Positions 61,562 to 64,000 of a stretch of DNA of 64,000 bases are shown one piece after another; the first letter of the stretch is position 1; each line of letters opens with the position of its first letter. Location: NCBI GenBank assembly GCA_964550035.1, contig CAZJVU010000004.1, positions 7,820-71,819 on the forward strand, in the 5' to 3' direction. This DNA comes from an uncultured Candidatus Saccharibacteria bacterium (GTDB lineage: Bacteria > Patescibacteriota > Saccharimonadia > Saccharimonadales > EFPC-124). The notes below the pieces were generated by a model that saw only the letters and a list, made by a program, of their open reading frames with translations, was not told the origin of the DNA and did not search any database. Position numbers and translations under genes: made by a program.

Positions 61562-62617
61562 ATGCTATATAATGAAACGAGCACTATTATGAAACTAAAA
61601 CTTTGGATCAACATTGTAACGTTTGTGGCGATCGGGATCGTTGTTATTTTTGCCCGCCACGATATAGCGCTTGCGTTCCAGAAGCTCCAGCATCTCAATT
61701 TGCTGGTGTTGGTGCTGATGATTCCAGCGCAGTTCTTTGCTTTTTACGCTGTTGGGCGGGTGTATTACCATTTCTTCAAGGCGACAGGCACGCCGTTGCC
61801 TATGAAGACACTAGTGCCGGCTGCGGTAGAGCTAAATTTCGTGAACCATATCTTTCCCAGTGGCGGTATCTCGGGCTTCTCGTATCTGACCGTGCGTTTG
61901 AAGCACGATAATATTTCGACTGCCAAGGCGACCCTGGCGCAGCTGGTGCGATTTACGCTGGCGTTTGTGACGTTTATCTTGCTACTACTCGTGGCGTTGG
62001 TACTTCTGGCGACTGAGGATAAGGTCAATCGGTTTATCATGCTCATTGCTGCGGCGCTGACGTTTACGATTCTGTTTGGTACGCTGACTGTCACTTACGT
62101 GATCAGTAAGGAGAGCCGTATTCGGGAATTTACGCAGGGTCTGAGCCGTGCGCTCAACCGCGTGATTCACCTGGTGCGACGCCATCACCCTGAGACGATC
62201 AACCTCAAGCGCACCGAAAAGACATTTACCGAGCTCCACGAAGACTACGTCACGCTCCGTGGTGAGTTCCGCAAGATGTGGCTGGTTGTTGTGTGGGCGC
62301 TTCTTGCGAATATCGCGGAGATTGCGCTGATCTATGTCGCGTTTGTGGCGCATGGTGCGTGGATTAATCCTGGCGCGCTGATTATCGCGTATGCCATTGC
62401 GACGACGGCTGGGCTGATTGCAATCTTGCCAGGCGGTTTGGGCGTGTATGAGCCGCTCATGGCAACGGTGCTACTGAGCGCTGGCGTGCCTGCTGACCTC
62501 GCATTGAGTGCCACGCTTGTGTCGCGCGTGGTAACACTTGTGCTCGCACTTGGCTCTGGGTATGTCTTGTATCAACGAACACTGAGGCGGTATGGAGACG
62601 TTAGTCCTCGGAGTTAG
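61562..62617 (+). CDS. UPF0104 / lysylphosphatidylglycerol-synthase-TM-like flippase-type membrane protein; start may be ATG 61589
   Basis: Polytopic. LPGGLGVYE signature loop. Confidence 0.6.
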   Translation: MLYNETSTIMKLKLWINIVTFVAIGIVVIFARHDIALAFQKLQHLNLLVLVLMIPAQFFAFYAVGRVYYHFFKATGTPLPMKTLVPAAVELNFVNHIFPSGGISGFSYLTVRLKHDNISTAKATLAQLVRFTLAFVTFILLLLVALVLLATEDKVNRFIMLIAAALTFTILFGTLTVTYVISKESRIREFTQGLSRALNRVIHLVRRHHPETINLKRTEKTFTELHEDYVTLRGEFRKMWLVVVWALLANIAEIALIYVAFVAHGAWINPGALIIAYAIATTAGLIAILPGGLGVYEPLMATVLLSAGVPADLALSATLVSRVVTLVLALGSGYVLYQRTLRRYGDVSPRS

Positions 62618-63716
62618 TGACCTCATTGCGTTGGTCAGTCAGACGCTCGAGTATGCCTACCCGAGCGTTGTGGTTGAAGGCGAGCTGAGCTCGTTCAAGG
62701 TGAGTAAAGGCAAGTATGTATTCTTTGACCTGAAGGACGAAAATAGCGTGGTGAGCTGTTTCATGATGGTCTACCAGCTGCGTACCGCGCTGGAGGATGG
62801 CATGAAAGTTCGCATCGTGGCGCAGCCCAAGCTGACGGCATGGGGAAAGTTTAGCCTAACAGTGCGGCAAGTTGCGCCGGTTGGCGAGGGGAGTCTGAAG
62901 CGTTCGTTCGAGCTGCTCCGCGCCAAACTAGAAAAGGAAGGACTGTTTGACCAAGCGCGCAAACGTTCGCTGCCGCAGATCCCCGCGCGTATCGGTGTCA
63001 TTTCGTCGGTTGAGTCTGCCGGCTATGCCGACTTTGTAAAGATACTTAACCAGCGATGGGGCGGCGTGGATGTGACCGTGGCAGACACGTTGGTCCAGGG
63101 CTCTGAGGCGAGCAAGCAGATCATTGATGCAATCAGCCACTTCAACGAACAGGCTCAGCCTGTCGATGTGCTCGTGTTGGTACGCGGCGGTGGAAGCGCC
63201 GAGGACCTAAGCGTGTGGAACGAAGAGCTGCTGGTGCGCGCCATCGCCGCAAGTCGCATCCCGACGCTGGTCGGTGTAGGGCATGAGATCGACACAAGTC
63301 TGAGTGATCTCGCCGCTGACGTGCGCGCCGCGACACCGAGCAATGCGGCACAGATTCTGGTGCCGGACCGCCAGGCGATCATTCGTGAGCTTCACCACAA
63401 ACAGCAACACATGCTCACAAAACTATCTTCGCGCCGCCAGCAAGAACAACGCCGCATGGAGCAAGCAATTGAGCGATTACTCGGCCGCCTGCACGCCAAG
63501 CTCACGGCGCAACAACGCCATGTGAAGTACGCTCGCCAGACGCTGCGGCAGCTGGACCCCAAAGTCGTGCTCAGTCGTGGTTACGCGATTGTACGCGACC
63601 AAACAGGGGCGATTGTACGCGATGCATCCACGTTGAAACCAGAAGAACAGATTGCAATTGAACTACAGAAAGCCATAATACATGCAGGAGTACGAAATGT
63701 CCGCAGCAAAGAATGA
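62592..63716 (+). CDS. xseA: Exodeoxyribonuclease VII large subunit
   Basis: N-terminal OB fold (VVVEGELSSFKVSKGKYVFFDLKD). RIGVISS..GA and VLVRGGGS motifs. Confidence 0.85.
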   Translation: METLVLGVSDLIALVSQTLEYAYPSVVVEGELSSFKVSKGKYVFFDLKDENSVVSCFMMVYQLRTALEDGMKVRIVAQPKLTAWGKFSLTVRQVAPVGEGSLKRSFELLRAKLEKEGLFDQARKRSLPQIPARIGVISSVESAGYADFVKILNQRWGGVDVTVADTLVQGSEASKQIIDAISHFNEQAQPVDVLVLVRGGGSAEDLSVWNEELLVRAIAASRIPTLVGVGHEIDTSLSDLAADVRAATPSNAAQILVPDRQAIIRELHHKQQHMLTKLSSRRQQEQRRMEQAIERLLGRLHAKLTAQQRHVKYARQTLRQLDPKVVLSRGYAIVRDQTGAIVRDASTLKPEEQIAIELQKAIIHAGVRNVRSKE

Positions 63717-63912
63717 CAAACCACTCAGCGATCAACTTCGCCAACTTGACGAACTTATTGCTTGGTTTGACCATGACGATTTCGACCTCGACGAAGCGCT
63801 GAAGAAGTTCGACGAAGGCGTGAAGCTGACGAGCACGATCGAAGAGCGGCTCCAGAAGCTCGAAAACAAGATCACCGTCCTGCGAGAGCGGTTTGACGCG
63901 AGCGGAAGGTAG
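63697..63912 (+). CDS. xseB: Exodeoxyribonuclease VII small subunit
   Basis: GCAGGAG SD. L..LDELI..F....LDEAL..F.EG helical hairpin pattern. Overlaps the end of xseA. Confidence 0.8.
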   Translation: MSAAKNDKPLSDQLRQLDELIAWFDHDDFDLDEALKKFDEGVKLTSTIEERLQKLENKITVLRERFDASGR

Positions 63913-63914
63913 CG

Positions 63915-64000
63915 ATGATCTTGGTGTGGATTGTCGGATTCATCATCGCCTGTTTCTTGGTTGTTGTGTTTCGTGGCGCACCGTATGTGCCGACGCACCG
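63915..64000 (+). CDS. 5' end of a membrane-anchored protein, truncated by the window edge
   Basis: ATG overlaps the xseB stop (TAGCGATG). MILVWIVGFIIACFLVVVFRGAPYVPT.. is a hydrophobic N-terminus. Confidence 0.35.
   Translation, partial: MILVWIVGFIIACFLVVVFRGAPYVPTH

Noticed and set aside
1-64000. tRNA, rRNA, tmRNA, RNase P or SRP RNA genes, and transposases or integrases.
   Set aside because: Visual scanning of intergenic regions found no T-arm (GGTTCGAATCC-like) or cloverleaf candidates. No ORF has recombinase or transposase motifs. Absence should be confirmed with tRNAscan-SE, Infernal and ISfinder.

Overview
The window looks like a reduced-genome bacterial chromosome. By inference from gene content only, it is Patescibacteria/Saccharibacteria-like. 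I found no rRNA, tRNA, CRISPR array or transposase.

The backbone is housekeeping: NrdJ (5' truncated), a T-box leader plus ileS, rplU, parAB, two lepB copies, an LCP protein, HtrA, prmC, a TrmH-like methyltransferase, prfA, rpmE, rpsB-tsf-frr-uppS-rseP, a CPBP protease, proS, greA, lysS, DUF2207, msrA, serS, an FBP protein, hpf, secA, an M16 peptidase, murD plus a coupled MurL-like gene, prfB, ftsEX plus a PcsB-like CHAP hydrolase, ctpA, a receiver protein, rpmA and xseAB. RF1 and RF2 are both present and TGA is used as a stop, so the standard code applies.

At least 11 short, visibly GC-richer islands of unrecognised genes interrupt this backbone. Each has an AT-rich near-consensus sigma70-type promoter and usually its own long GC hairpin.

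The main finding is at 39.1-44.2 kb on the minus strand. Eight tandem promoter-gene(s)-hairpin cassettes encode 13 highly diverged paralogous 77-97 aa three-TM proteins with polybasic C-terminal tails. The cassettes are separated by a ~47-nt hairpin that is almost invariant. One diverged copy of that hairpin keeps the fold through compensated substitutions.

Two further structured repeat families are described:
- A ~95-nt four-helix rod with covarying stems, present in three copies plus a fragment.
- Two long hairpins that share a 20-nt core but have unrelated stems.

All function calls rest on motif recognition by eye. No searches were run.
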